Below, piece by piece: positions 1 through 7,476 of a stretch of 40,000 nt of DNA. Origin of the DNA: Klenkia brasiliensis. GTDB taxonomy: Bacteria > Actinomycetota > Actinomycetes > Mycobacteriales > Geodermatophilaceae. Location of the stretch: positions 362,060 through 402,059 of the forward strand of contig NZ_FNCF01000001.1 in NCBI RefSeq assembly GCF_900100695.1, written 5' to 3'. Both the position numbers and the translations under genes were made by a program. How positions within the stretch are numbered: the stretch's first letter is position 1; the number at the start of each line of letters is the position of its first letter. Under the pieces are notes generated by a model. The model saw only the letters and a list, made by a program, of their open reading frames with translations. It was not told the DNA's origin and did no database searches.

Positions 1-320
1 GGGGTGTTCCCCACCAGCTGGACGGCGACGTTGCCGATGTCGAAACCGGCCGCGCGCACCAGCCGGGCGGTCTCGGCCAGCAGGGTCAGGCCGGACGCGC
101 CGGCGTACTCCGGGCGCGACGTGCCGAAGACCCCGCCCAGGTCACCCACGCCCGAGGCCGACAGCAGTGCGTCGCAGGCGGCGTGGGCCACGACGTCGCC
201 GTCGGAGTGCCCGGCCAGCCCGGCCTCGGCGTCGGGCCAGTGCAGCCCGGCCACCCACAGCGGGCGGCCCGCCTCCAGGGCGTGCACGTCGACCCCGACC
301 CCGACCAGCGACAGCTGCAT
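1..320 (-). CDS. ispF: 2-C-methyl-D-erythritol 2,4-cyclodiphosphate synthase IspF (3' end cut by window edge)
   Basis: Minus-strand frame from ATG (320-318) to the window edge. It is absent from the ORF track because there is no stop inside the window. My translation [66 protein letters not shown]... carries the IspF signatures (GxGxDxH, GHSDGDV, HAxxDALL, GDLG). Confidence 0.85.
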   Translation of the reverse strand, partial: MQLSLVGVGVDVHALEAGRPLWVAGLHWPDAEAGLAGHSDGDVVAHAACDALLSASGVGDLGGVFGTSRPEYAGASGLTLLAETARLVRAAGFDIGNVAVQLVGNT

Positions 321-341
321 GCCCGCAGTCTCCCGGATGCA

Positions 342-377
342 CGAGGGGCCCCCGACCTGGTGGTCGGGGGCCCCTCG
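342..377 (-). terminator. GC-rich hairpin between carD stop and ispF start
   Basis: cgaggggcccccgacc-tggt-ggtcgggggcccctcg: perfect 16-bp stem, 4-nt loop. No U-tract, as is usual for actinobacterial intrinsic terminators. Confidence 0.55.
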
Positions 378-395
378 GACGAGCGGTGCGGGAGG

Positions 396-878
396 TCAGC
401 TGGCGAGGACCTCGTCGAGCAGCACCTCGGCCTTGTCCTCGTTGGTGCCCTCGGCGAGCGCGAGCTCGCTGACCAGGATCTGGCGGGCCTTGGACAGCAT
501 CCGCTTCTCCCCGGCCGACAGGCCGCGGTCCTTGTCGCGGCGCCAGAGGTCGCGGACGACCTCGGCCACCTTGTTCACGTCACCGGAGGCCAGCTTCTCG
601 AGGTTGGCCTTGTAGCGGCGCGACCAGTTGGTCGGCTCCTCGGTGTGCGGGGCCCGCAGCACCTCGAAGACCTTGTTCAGGCCCTCCTGGCCGACGACGT
701 CGCGGACACCCACGATCTCCGCGTTGTCGGCCGGCACCCGTACGGTCAGGTCGCCCTGGGCGACCTTGAGCACGAGGTAGGCCTTCTCCTCACCCTTGAT
801 GGTCCGCTTCTCGATCGCCTCGATGAGCGCTGCGCCGTGGTGCGGGTAGACGACGGTCTCGCCGACAGTGAAGCCCAT
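396..878 (-). CDS. carD: RNA polymerase-binding transcription factor CarD
   Basis: 160-aa [42 protein letters not shown]... Typical actinobacterial CarD: an N-terminal TRCF-like RNAP-interaction domain plus a helical C-terminal domain. SD-like gaaagggg lies upstream. Confidence 0.95.
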   Translation of the reverse strand: MGFTVGETVVYPHHGAALIEAIEKRTIKGEEKAYLVLKVAQGDLTVRVPADNAEIVGVRDVVGQEGLNKVFEVLRAPHTEEPTNWSRRYKANLEKLASGDVNKVAEVVRDLWRRDKDRGLSAGEKRMLSKARQILVSELALAEGTNEDKAEVLLDEVLAS

Positions 879-906
879 GTGTGTGTGACCCCTTTCGCTG
901 TCACCC

Positions 907-915
907 AGAATACCA
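907..915 (-). promoter_or_regulatory. Candidate extended -10 (TGGTATTCT) for carD
   Basis: Reverse complement reads gTGgTATTCT, 26 nt upstream of the carD ATG with an SD in between. No clear -35. Confidence 0.35.
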
Positions 916-1063
916 CGGGACGGGTGCGGAAGAACTGGTTGGTCCTGCCAAACGTGCAGGTCAGGGGCTTGTCGCTGGTCAGGGAGGGGTTGACAGAGGG
1001 GTGGTTGGTGTGCGTGTGCCGGGCGATCGCCCGCGGTCGGGGGCTGTGCGCACCGTCACCGCG

Positions 1064-1870
1064 ATGGCCCTGGCGACCCATCTCGGACCCACCGTGGCGG
1101 TCACCGCGGTGGCCACCCTGCTCGCCGTCGCGGCCGGGGTCGGCCCCGGCCGGACGGCGCTGGTGGGGCTGGCCGTGCTGGCCGGGCAGGCCTCGATCGG
1201 GTGGAGCAACGACTGGCTGGACGCCGGCCGCGACGCCGCGGTCGCCCGGGCGGACAAGCCGACGGTGCAGGGCCTGGTCAGCCCCGCCCGGCTGCGCGCC
1301 GCGGCGCTGGCCGCCGTCGTCCTGGCCGTCGTCGGCTCCCTCGCGCTCGGGCCCGCCCCCGGGGTGCTGCTGCTGGGCGTGGTCGCCGGCGGCTGGGCCT
1401 ACAACGCCGGGCTGAAGCGGACGGCGGCCTCGATGCTGCCCTACCTGGTGGCCTTCGGGCTGCTGCCCGCCGGCGTCGTGGCCGCGGCCCCGGGCACCCC
1501 GGTGGCCCCGTGGTGGCTGGTCGCCGCCGGGGCGCTGCTGGGCGGGGCGGCGCACCTGGCCAACGTCGCCCCCGACCTGGAGGACGACGCGGCCACCGGG
1601 GTGCGCGGCCTGCCGCACCGGCTCGGCGCGGCGGTCTCCGCGTTGGTGGCGGCCGGGCTGCTCGGTGCGGCCTCGCTGGTGCTGGTGCTCGGCCCGGCCG
1701 GCCCGCCCTCGGCGGTCGGCTGGGTCGCGCTGGTGGTCGCCGTCCCCGCGCTGGTGGTCGCCGCCCTGGCGGGCACCGCCCGGTTCCGGGCCGCGGCGTT
1801 CCCGGCGGTGATGCTGCTGACCGTGGTCGACGTCGTCCTGCTGCTGGTGGGCGGCGGGGCGGTTCAGTAG
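1064..1870 (+). CDS. UbiA-family prenyltransferase, polytopic membrane protein (substrate unknown)
   Basis: C-terminal part of track ORF 881..1870. Multiple hydrophobic helices. First Asp-rich motif NDWLDAGRD (NDxxDxxxD) and second motif DLEDD. Start set at ATG 1064 (MALATHLG...); in-frame GTGs at 1001/1010/1016 are alternatives. Confidence 0.75.
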   Translation: MALATHLGPTVAVTAVATLLAVAAGVGPGRTALVGLAVLAGQASIGWSNDWLDAGRDAAVARADKPTVQGLVSPARLRAAALAAVVLAVVGSLALGPAPGVLLLGVVAGGWAYNAGLKRTAASMLPYLVAFGLLPAGVVAAAPGTPVAPWWLVAAGALLGGAAHLANVAPDLEDDAATGVRGLPHRLGAAVSALVAAGLLGAASLVLVLGPAGPPSAVGWVALVVAVPALVVAALAGTARFRAAAFPAVMLLTVVDVVLLLVGGGAVQ

Positions 1871-3411
1871 GGGTCGGTCCCCCGCTGCTGCTCCTGCTCG
1901 ACGACCGCCTCGCGGTCCTTGAGCCGGCGCAGCCCGGCCAGCGGCTGCGCCATCCGCCGGTTGCCCGCCAGGGTGTCCTCGACCCGGTCCAGGAAGCCCC
2001 AGTAGCCGGCGGTGAAGGGGCAGGCGTCCTCGCCGAGCCGCTTCTTCGGGTCGTACCGGCAGCCGCCGCAGTAGTCGCTCATCCGGTCGATGTAGGCCCC
2101 GCCCGCGGCGTAGGGCTTGGTGGCCAGCACCCCGCCGTCGGCGTGCTGGCTCATGCCGACCACGTTGGGCACCATCACCCAGTCGTAGGCGTCGACGAAG
2201 GTGCGGTGCATCCAGTCGGTCATCGCCAGCGGCTCGATGCCGCGCTGCAGCGCGTAGTTGCCCAGCACCATCAGCCGCGGGATGTGGTGCACCCAGCCGC
2301 GGGAGCGCAGGTCGCCGACCACGCCGGACAGGCAGGCCGCGTCGAGGTCGGCGGTGTCGAGCTCGGCCATCCAGGCGGGCACCTCGGCGTGCGCGTCCAG
2401 GGCGTTGCCGTGCCGGTACTCCCGGCCCAGGTGCCAGTAGAGGTGCCAGATGTAGTCGCGCCACCCCATCACCTGCCGGACGAACCCCTCGACGGAGTTC
2501 AGCGGCAGGCCCTCGTCGCGGTAGGCCTGCTCGGCCCGCTGCACCACCTCGGCCGGGTCGACCAGGCCCAGGTTCATCGGCGCCGACAGCAACGAGTGCG
2601 CCAGCCAGGGCTCGTCGGCCAGCATCGCGTCCTCGTGCGGGCCGAAGGCGGCCAGGCGGTGGGCCAGGAAGTCGCGCAGCCGGTGCAGGGTCTCCCGGCG
2701 GGTGACCGGGAACAGCCGCGGGCCGTCGTCCCCGACGAAGGAGACGTCGCCGTCGGCCTCCCAGCGGTCGAGGTCGGCGCGCACCTGCTCGTCGATCTCG
2801 TCCTCGGCCGGGATCCACGGCTCGGGCGCCGGCGACGCGCCGTCCTTCGGCGGGGGCTCCCGGTTGTCGTGGTCGAAGTTGTACTTCCCGCCGGTGGGCT
2901 CGCTGCCCTCCATGAGGACGTCGTGGTGCTGCCGGGCGGCGCGGTAGAAGTCGTCCATGAGCAGCCGCTTGCCGCCGTCGGTGCCGCGGCCGGTGGCCCA
3001 GCGCCGGAAGGTCTGCTCGTCGGTGACGAACCCGCGCGAGGCGAGCACCTGCACGCCGTCGCGGGCCAGCACGAAGTCCCGCGCCGGCCAGGTCGTCGGT
3101 GCGCACACGCTCACCGGCTCGTCGACGGCGTCCAGCGCCTCGGCGTAGGTGGTGGTCTGCAGGAATCGGGCCTGGTCGCCGAGCTCGGCCGCCCGGTGCC
3201 GCAGCGCCGACAGCAGCAGGTGGGCCTTCTGCCGGTGGAAGCGGCGCCGCCGGAACACCGCCCGGGACTCCACGAGCAGCACCTCCTGGTGCGGGTCGTC
3301 CAGGAAGTGCGGACCCAGCTGGTCGGCGAAGCACCACCGCCGGGTGCCCGGCGCCCGCTCCGGGAAATCGGCCAGTGCCGGGTCGTCCGCAGCCACACCG
3401 CTCACCTCCAC
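1864..3411 (-). CDS. Cryptochrome/photolyase-family protein of the FeS-BCP class (CryB/PhrB-like, probable (6-4) photolyase)
   Basis: 515-aa ORF with the COG3046-type N-terminus (RRWCFADQLGPHF..., FHRQKAHLLLSALRH). Four Cys are spaced C-X87-C-X2-C-X12-C (AACLSG ... DYCGGCRYDPKKRLGEDACP), the same spacing as the [4Fe-4S] ligands of Rhodobacter CryB (C346/C434/C437/C450, recalled). GTG start at 3411; 3405/3396 are alternatives. Confidence 0.9.
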   Translation of the reverse strand: MEVSGVAADDPALADFPERAPGTRRWCFADQLGPHFLDDPHQEVLLVESRAVFRRRRFHRQKAHLLLSALRHRAAELGDQARFLQTTTYAEALDAVDEPVSVCAPTTWPARDFVLARDGVQVLASRGFVTDEQTFRRWATGRGTDGGKRLLMDDFYRAARQHHDVLMEGSEPTGGKYNFDHDNREPPPKDGASPAPEPWIPAEDEIDEQVRADLDRWEADGDVSFVGDDGPRLFPVTRRETLHRLRDFLAHRLAAFGPHEDAMLADEPWLAHSLLSAPMNLGLVDPAEVVQRAEQAYRDEGLPLNSVEGFVRQVMGWRDYIWHLYWHLGREYRHGNALDAHAEVPAWMAELDTADLDAACLSGVVGDLRSRGWVHHIPRLMVLGNYALQRGIEPLAMTDWMHRTFVDAYDWVMVPNVVGMSQHADGGVLATKPYAAGGAYIDRMSDYCGGCRYDPKKRLGEDACPFTAGYWGFLDRVEDTLAGNRRMAQPLAGLRRLKDREAVVEQEQQRGTDPY

Positions 3412-3433
3412 GCGCGCATCGTGGGCAGACCGA

Positions 3434-3439
3434 TAGGCT
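3434..3439 (+). promoter_or_regulatory. Candidate -10 (TAGGCT) for the lpqE-like gene
   Basis: TANNNT hexamer in the 87-bp divergent photolyase/lpqE spacer, about 60 nt before GTG 3499. Confidence 0.3.
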
Positions 3440-3498
3440 CAGCGCGACTCGAGTCGACGATGCCCGGGTGTCCCCGGTGCCGTAGGAGGTCCCCCGCC

Positions 3499-4062
3499 GT
3501 GAACCGCGTTGTGCGCGCCGCCACGATCGGTGTGCTGGTGCTGTCCCCGGTGGTCCTGTCTGCCTGCAGCGCCGGCCAGATCGCCCAGACCGCGACCCAG
3601 GACCGCGACATCCGCGGCGGCCAGGCCGACCTGGGCAGCATCCACCTGCGCACCGCCACCACGGCCTACCCGCAGAGCGGCTCCTACGAGGAGGGCGGCG
3701 ACGCCCGGCTGCTGGTGGCCATCGCCAACTCCGGCCCGGCCGACGACGAGCTGACCGACATCTCCGGCCCCGGCTTCGAGGCCTACGAGGTCGTCGACCC
3801 CGGCAACGCCACCGAGGCGGCCCCCACCGGCTTCACCATCCCGGCCGGCGGCAACGTGTTCGTCGGCGAGGGCGGCCCGCAGGTCACGCTGACCGGGCTC
3901 ACCGAGGCGCTCACCCCGGCGCAGTCGCTCGAGGTCACCTTCACCTTCCGCGACGCCGGCGAGGTGACCCTGCCGGTGCTGGTCGGCACCCCGTCGCTGG
4001 ACCTGCCGCGCGGCGAGGAGTTCGACTTCCACGAGGGGGAGGGCGGCGCCGCCGAGGGGTGA
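3499..4062 (+). CDS. lpqE: LpqE-like secreted lipoprotein
   Basis: In-frame tail of the artefactual track ORF 1201..4062. AGGAGG (3484-3489) lies 9 nt before GTG 3499. N-terminus MNRVVRAATIGVLVLSPVVLSAC is a lipoprotein signal peptide with lipobox LSAC. Same position as lpqE between carD and radA in mycobacteria. Confidence 0.7.
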   Translation: MNRVVRAATIGVLVLSPVVLSACSAGQIAQTATQDRDIRGGQADLGSIHLRTATTAYPQSGSYEEGGDARLLVAIANSGPADDELTDISGPGFEAYEVVDPGNATEAAPTGFTIPAGGNVFVGEGGPQVTLTGLTEALTPAQSLEVTFTFRDAGEVTLPVLVGTPSLDLPRGEEFDFHEGEGGAAEG

Positions 4063-4074
4063 CCTCCGCGGTTC

Positions 4075-4096
4075 TGTCGTACCCCCGCGCCACCAT
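4075..4096 (+). promoter_or_regulatory. RecA-NDp/PafBC-type promoter-like element in front of a leaderless radA
   Basis: cTGTCGtac-ccccgcgc(8 nt)-CACCAT-gggccc(6 nt)-GTG(4103). Geometry matches the mycobacterial tTGTCRgtg-N8-TAnnnT motif, except the first -10 base is C. No SD. Confidence 0.45.
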
Positions 4097-4102
4097 GGGC
4101 CC

Positions 4103-5470
4103 GTGCCGCCCACCGTCGTGAAGTCCCGCCCCGCCCACCGCTGCAGCGAGTGCGGGGCCACCTCCCCGCGCTGGGTCGGCCGCTGCCCCGAGTGCCAGGC
4201 CTGGGGCACCCTCGCCGAGGTCGGCGGCGGCGCCTCCGGCGGGCTGCGCACGGTCGCCCCCGGCCCGGTCACCGGCCGGGCCCGCCCCATCGCGCAGGTC
4301 GAGCTCGAGGGCTCGCGCGCCGTCCCGACCGGGATCGGCGAGTTCGACCGCGTGCTCGGCGGCGGCCTCGTCCCCGGCGCGGTCCTGCTGGTGGCCGGCG
4401 AGCCCGGGGTGGGCAAGTCCACGCTGCTGCTCGAGGTCGCCCACCGGGTGGCCGAGTCCAACGGGCCCACGCTGGTCGTCTCGGGCGAGGAGTCCGCGGC
4501 CCAGGTCCGGCTGCGGGCCGAGCGCATCGGCGCCCTGCACCCCCACCTGTTCCTGGCCGCGGAGACCGAGCTGTCCGCGGTGCTCTCGCACGTCGAGGAG
4601 GTCAACCCCTCCCTGCTCGTGCTCGACAGCGTGCAGACCGTGCGCTCCCCCGCCGTCGACGGCACCGACGGCGGCGCCACCCAGGTGCGCGCGGTGGCCA
4701 GCGCGCTCACCGGCGTGGCCAAGGCCCGCGGCATGACCGTGATCCTGGTCGGCCACGTGACCAAGGACGGCGCGATCGCCGGCCCCCGGGCGCTGGAGCA
4801 CCTGGTCGACGTGGTCATCAGCTTCGACGGCGAGCGGCACTCCACCCTGCGGCTGGTGCGGGCGACCAAGAACCGGTTCGGCCCGGCCGACGAGATCGGC
4901 TGCTTCGAGATCGGCGACGGCGGCGTGGTCGGCGTCCCCGACCCCTCGCACCTGTTCGTCTCCAAGCGCGCCGCCCCGGTGGCCGGCAGCAGCGTCACGG
5001 TGACCATGGAGGGCAGCCGCCCGCTGCTGGCCGAGGTGCAGGCGCTGGTGGCGACCAACAACGGCGGCGGGTCCCCGCGGCGGGCGGTCAGCGGCCTCGA
5101 CCCGCAGCGGCTGGCGATGATCAACGCCGTGGTCGAGCGGCGGGGCGGGGTGCCGCTGGGCGGCTCCGACGTCTTCGCCGCCTCGGTGGGCGGGGTGCGC
5201 ATCCTCGAGCCCGCGGCCGACATGGCCGTCGCCCTGGCCATCGCGTCCTCGGCCAAGGACAAGGCGCTCCCGGTGGGCATGGTGGCCTTCGGCGAGGTGG
5301 GCCTGTCCGGCGAGGTCCGCCGGGTCGGGGGCATCGGGCGCCGGCTGGCCGAGGCGGCGCGGCAGGGCTACACCCTCGCCGTCGTCCCGCCCGACCCCGG
5401 GCCGGTGCCGCGCGGGCTGCGGGTGGTGGAGGTCCCCGACCTCGGCGCCCTGCTCAACCGGCTGTTCTGA
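4103..5470 (+). CDS. radA: DNA repair protein RadA (Sms)
   Basis: 455 aa. N-terminal zinc finger CSECGATSPRWVGRCPEC, Walker A GEPGVGKST, KNRFG motif, C-terminal Lon-like domain. Confidence 0.95.
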   Translation: MPPTVVKSRPAHRCSECGATSPRWVGRCPECQAWGTLAEVGGGASGGLRTVAPGPVTGRARPIAQVELEGSRAVPTGIGEFDRVLGGGLVPGAVLLVAGEPGVGKSTLLLEVAHRVAESNGPTLVVSGEESAAQVRLRAERIGALHPHLFLAAETELSAVLSHVEEVNPSLLVLDSVQTVRSPAVDGTDGGATQVRAVASALTGVAKARGMTVILVGHVTKDGAIAGPRALEHLVDVVISFDGERHSTLRLVRATKNRFGPADEIGCFEIGDGGVVGVPDPSHLFVSKRAAPVAGSSVTVTMEGSRPLLAEVQALVATNNGGGSPRRAVSGLDPQRLAMINAVVERRGGVPLGGSDVFAASVGGVRILEPAADMAVALAIASSAKDKALPVGMVAFGEVGLSGEVRRVGGIGRRLAEAARQGYTLAVVPPDPGPVPRGLRVVEVPDLGALLNRLF

Positions 5471-5562
5471 GCCCGGCCCCCGGGGGCGGCGCCGCGCGCC
5501 CGCGCAGGTCACCGCCCGGTCACGGGGCGGCCGCAGCCCCGGACACCCCCGGGACCGTCACC

Positions 5563-5568
5563 TAGACT
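5563..5568 (+). promoter_or_regulatory. Candidate -10 (TAGACT) for disA
   Basis: TANNNT hexamer in the 134-bp radA-disA spacer, about 36 nt before the GTG. AGGAG SD at 5594-5598. Confidence 0.4.
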
Positions 5569-5604
5569 CGGCCGAGCCCTCCCCGCCCACGTCAGGAGCA
5601 ACCC

Positions 5605-6687
5605 GTGCCCGCCCTGGACCCCGACGTCGCACTGCGCGAACTGCTCGGGCGCATCGCCCCGGGCACCGCCCTGCGCGACGGCCTGGAGCGGATCCTGGCC
5701 GGGCGCACCGGGGCGCTCATCGTCCTGGGCTACGACGGCGTGGTCGAGTCGCTGTGCACCGGCGGGTTCGCCCTGGACGTGGCGCTGTCGGCGACCCGGC
5801 TGCGCGAGCTGGCCAAGATGGACGGCGCGGTGATCGTCTCCGCCGACGGCCTCCGCATCGTGCGGGCCGGCGTGCACCTCATGCCCGACCCCACCATCCC
5901 CACCGAGGAGTCGGGCACCCGGCACCGCACCGCCGAGCGGGTCGCCCTGCAGACCGGCTTCCCGGTCATCTCGGTCAGCCAGTCGATGCACATCATCTCG
6001 GTCTACGTCGCCGGGCGCCGCTACACCCTCGAGCACCCCACCACCATCCTGGCCCGCGCGAACCAGGCGCTCGCCGCCCTGGAGCGGTACAAGCTCCGCC
6101 TCGACGAGGTGGCCAGCACGCTGTCGGCGCTGGAGATCGAGGACCTGGTCACCGTCCGCGACGCGATGAGCGTGAGCCAGCGGCTGGAGATGGTCCGTCG
6201 GATCGCCGACGAGATCGAGGGCTTCGTCGTCGAGCTCGGCACCGACGGCCGCCTGCTCGCGCTGCAGCTGGACGAGATGCTGGCCGGCGTCGAGGAGGAC
6301 CGCGGCCTGCTCGTCCGCGACTACCTGCCCTCCGACGGCCGTCGCACCCCGGCCGGCGAGGAGGTGCTCACCGACCTGCGCGCGCTGAGCGCCACCGAGC
6401 TGCTCGACCTGTCCGCGGTGGCCCGCTGCTACGGCCTGCCCACCTCGCCCGACGCACTCGACTCCCCCGTCAGCCCCCGCGGCTACCGGCTGCTGGCCCG
6501 GGTGCCCCGGCTGCCGGCCGGCATCATCGACCGGCTGGTCACCCACTTCGGCGGCCTGCAGAAGCTCCTCGCCGCCACCATCGAGGACCTGCTCAGCGTC
6601 GACGGCGTCGGCGAGGCACGGGCCCGCGGCATCCGCGAGGGCCTGTCCCGGCTGGCCGAGACCTCGATCCTCGACCGCTACAGCTAG
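5605..6687 (+). CDS. disA: DNA integrity scanning protein DisA (diadenylate cyclase)
   Basis: 360 aa. DAC domain with DGAVIV and TRHRTAER motifs, C-terminal HhH domain ([17 protein letters not shown]). AGGAG at 5594-5598 precedes the GTG. Confidence 0.95.
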   Translation: MPALDPDVALRELLGRIAPGTALRDGLERILAGRTGALIVLGYDGVVESLCTGGFALDVALSATRLRELAKMDGAVIVSADGLRIVRAGVHLMPDPTIPTEESGTRHRTAERVALQTGFPVISVSQSMHIISVYVAGRRYTLEHPTTILARANQALAALERYKLRLDEVASTLSALEIEDLVTVRDAMSVSQRLEMVRRIADEIEGFVVELGTDGRLLALQLDEMLAGVEEDRGLLVRDYLPSDGRRTPAGEEVLTDLRALSATELLDLSAVARCYGLPTSPDALDSPVSPRGYRLLARVPRLPAGIIDRLVTHFGGLQKLLAATIEDLLSVDGVGEARARGIREGLSRLAETSILDRYS

Positions 6688-7388
6688 ACCAGCACGAACG
6701 GTGCCGGCGTCCCGGCCTTGGTGTCCAGCCGGCCCTGCAGGGTGTAGCTGCCCGGCGCCGGGTCCGTGCGCGGCGTGGTGCACCCCGGGGTGCTGGTCCG
6801 CCCGCCCCACTGCACCGGGAAGCTGACCGCCTCCCCGACCGCGAGCGTGCGGGGGTCACTGCTCACCTCGGGGAAGCAGTCGTTGCTGCCCCACACCCGG
6901 GTGCCGGCGGCGTCGAGCAGGACCACCTCCCGCAGGCCGGCGTCCAGGCTGCGGGTGCACGGCACCGGCGAGGTGTTGGTGACCACCAGCGTGAAGACCG
7001 GCTTGCTGCCGACGGCGGCCTGCGGGGCGTCGGGCACCACGTCGACGGCGAGCATGTCGTCGGTGCAGGCCTGGCCGGGGGTGTAGACGGGGCCGGCGGG
7101 TGCGGATGCCGCGGCGGGTTCCTGGGTGGGCTCCGCGGCTGCGGGGTCGGGCACCGGGGCCGCCGAGGGCACCGCGACGGCGGCCAGCGAGGGCACCACC
7201 TGGTCCAGGGACGGGACACCCGGCGCGGTCGCCGTGGCGTCCGCGGCGACCTGCGTGCCCTGGGGGGCGGCGGTGGCCGACACCGCGAGCCAGCTGCCGC
7301 CGCCGACGACGGACAGGACCGCACCCAGCACGAGGGCCCGCCGACGCCAGTAGACGCCCGCGGGCAGCTCGCCGACCGGGTGCAGCAC
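6684..7388 (-). CDS. Membrane-anchored extracytoplasmic protein, 4 conserved Cys (Rv3587c-like, function unknown)
   Basis: C-terminal 234 codons of track ORF 6684..7724. GTG 7388 gives [36 protein letters not shown] (N-terminal TM anchor), then an Ala/Pro-rich linker and a Cys-containing beta-rich domain. A TACCGT -10 hexamer lies 7 nt upstream of this GTG. Same position as Rv3587c after disA. Confidence 0.6.
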   Translation of the reverse strand: MLHPVGELPAGVYWRRRALVLGAVLSVVGGGSWLAVSATAAPQGTQVAADATATAPGVPSLDQVVPSLAAVAVPSAAPVPDPAAAEPTQEPAAASAPAGPVYTPGQACTDDMLAVDVVPDAPQAAVGSKPVFTLVVTNTSPVPCTRSLDAGLREVVLLDAAGTRVWGSNDCFPEVSSDPRTLAVGEAVSFPVQWGGRTSTPGCTTPRTDPAPGSYTLQGRLDTKAGTPAPFVLV

Positions 7389-7395
7389 GTCGGTG

Positions 7396-7401
7396 ACGGT
7401 A
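7396..7401 (-). promoter_or_regulatory. -10 hexamer TACCGT, 7 nt from GTG 7388 (leaderless architecture)
   Basis: Reverse complement gaTACCGTcaccgacGTG; no SD. Confidence 0.45.
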
Positions 7402-7476
7402 TCGGCGACGGGCCCCGGTGCCCGGACGGCTCGCCGGGCGCGGGAGTGGCTGCGACGGCTGGGACACTGGTGCCCC

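Noticed and set aside
990-995. Perfect TTGACA -35 hexamer upstream of the UbiA gene
   Set aside because: No TANNNT-like -10 hexamer lies 16-19 nt downstream (the sequence there is gtgcgtgtgccggg), so a sigma-70-type promoter cannot be supported.
746-4062. Very long ORFs in the supplied track (746..3337 minus, 863 aa; 1201..4062 plus, 953 aa)
   Set aside because: The translations are monotonous Arg/Pro/Gly/Ala strings with no recognisable motifs. They overlap well-supported genes (UbiA, photolyase) in other frames. This is a typical off-frame open-reading artefact of ~73% GC DNA. Only the last 188 codons of 1201..4062 (the lpqE-like gene) are real.
3499-4062. lpqE-like lipoprotein as a PCu(A)C-type copper chaperone
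   Set aside because: The fold-like pattern is superficially similar, but the mature protein has only one His (in the C-terminal acidic tail) and no Met, so the H(M)-X10-M-X21-H-X-M copper site is absent.
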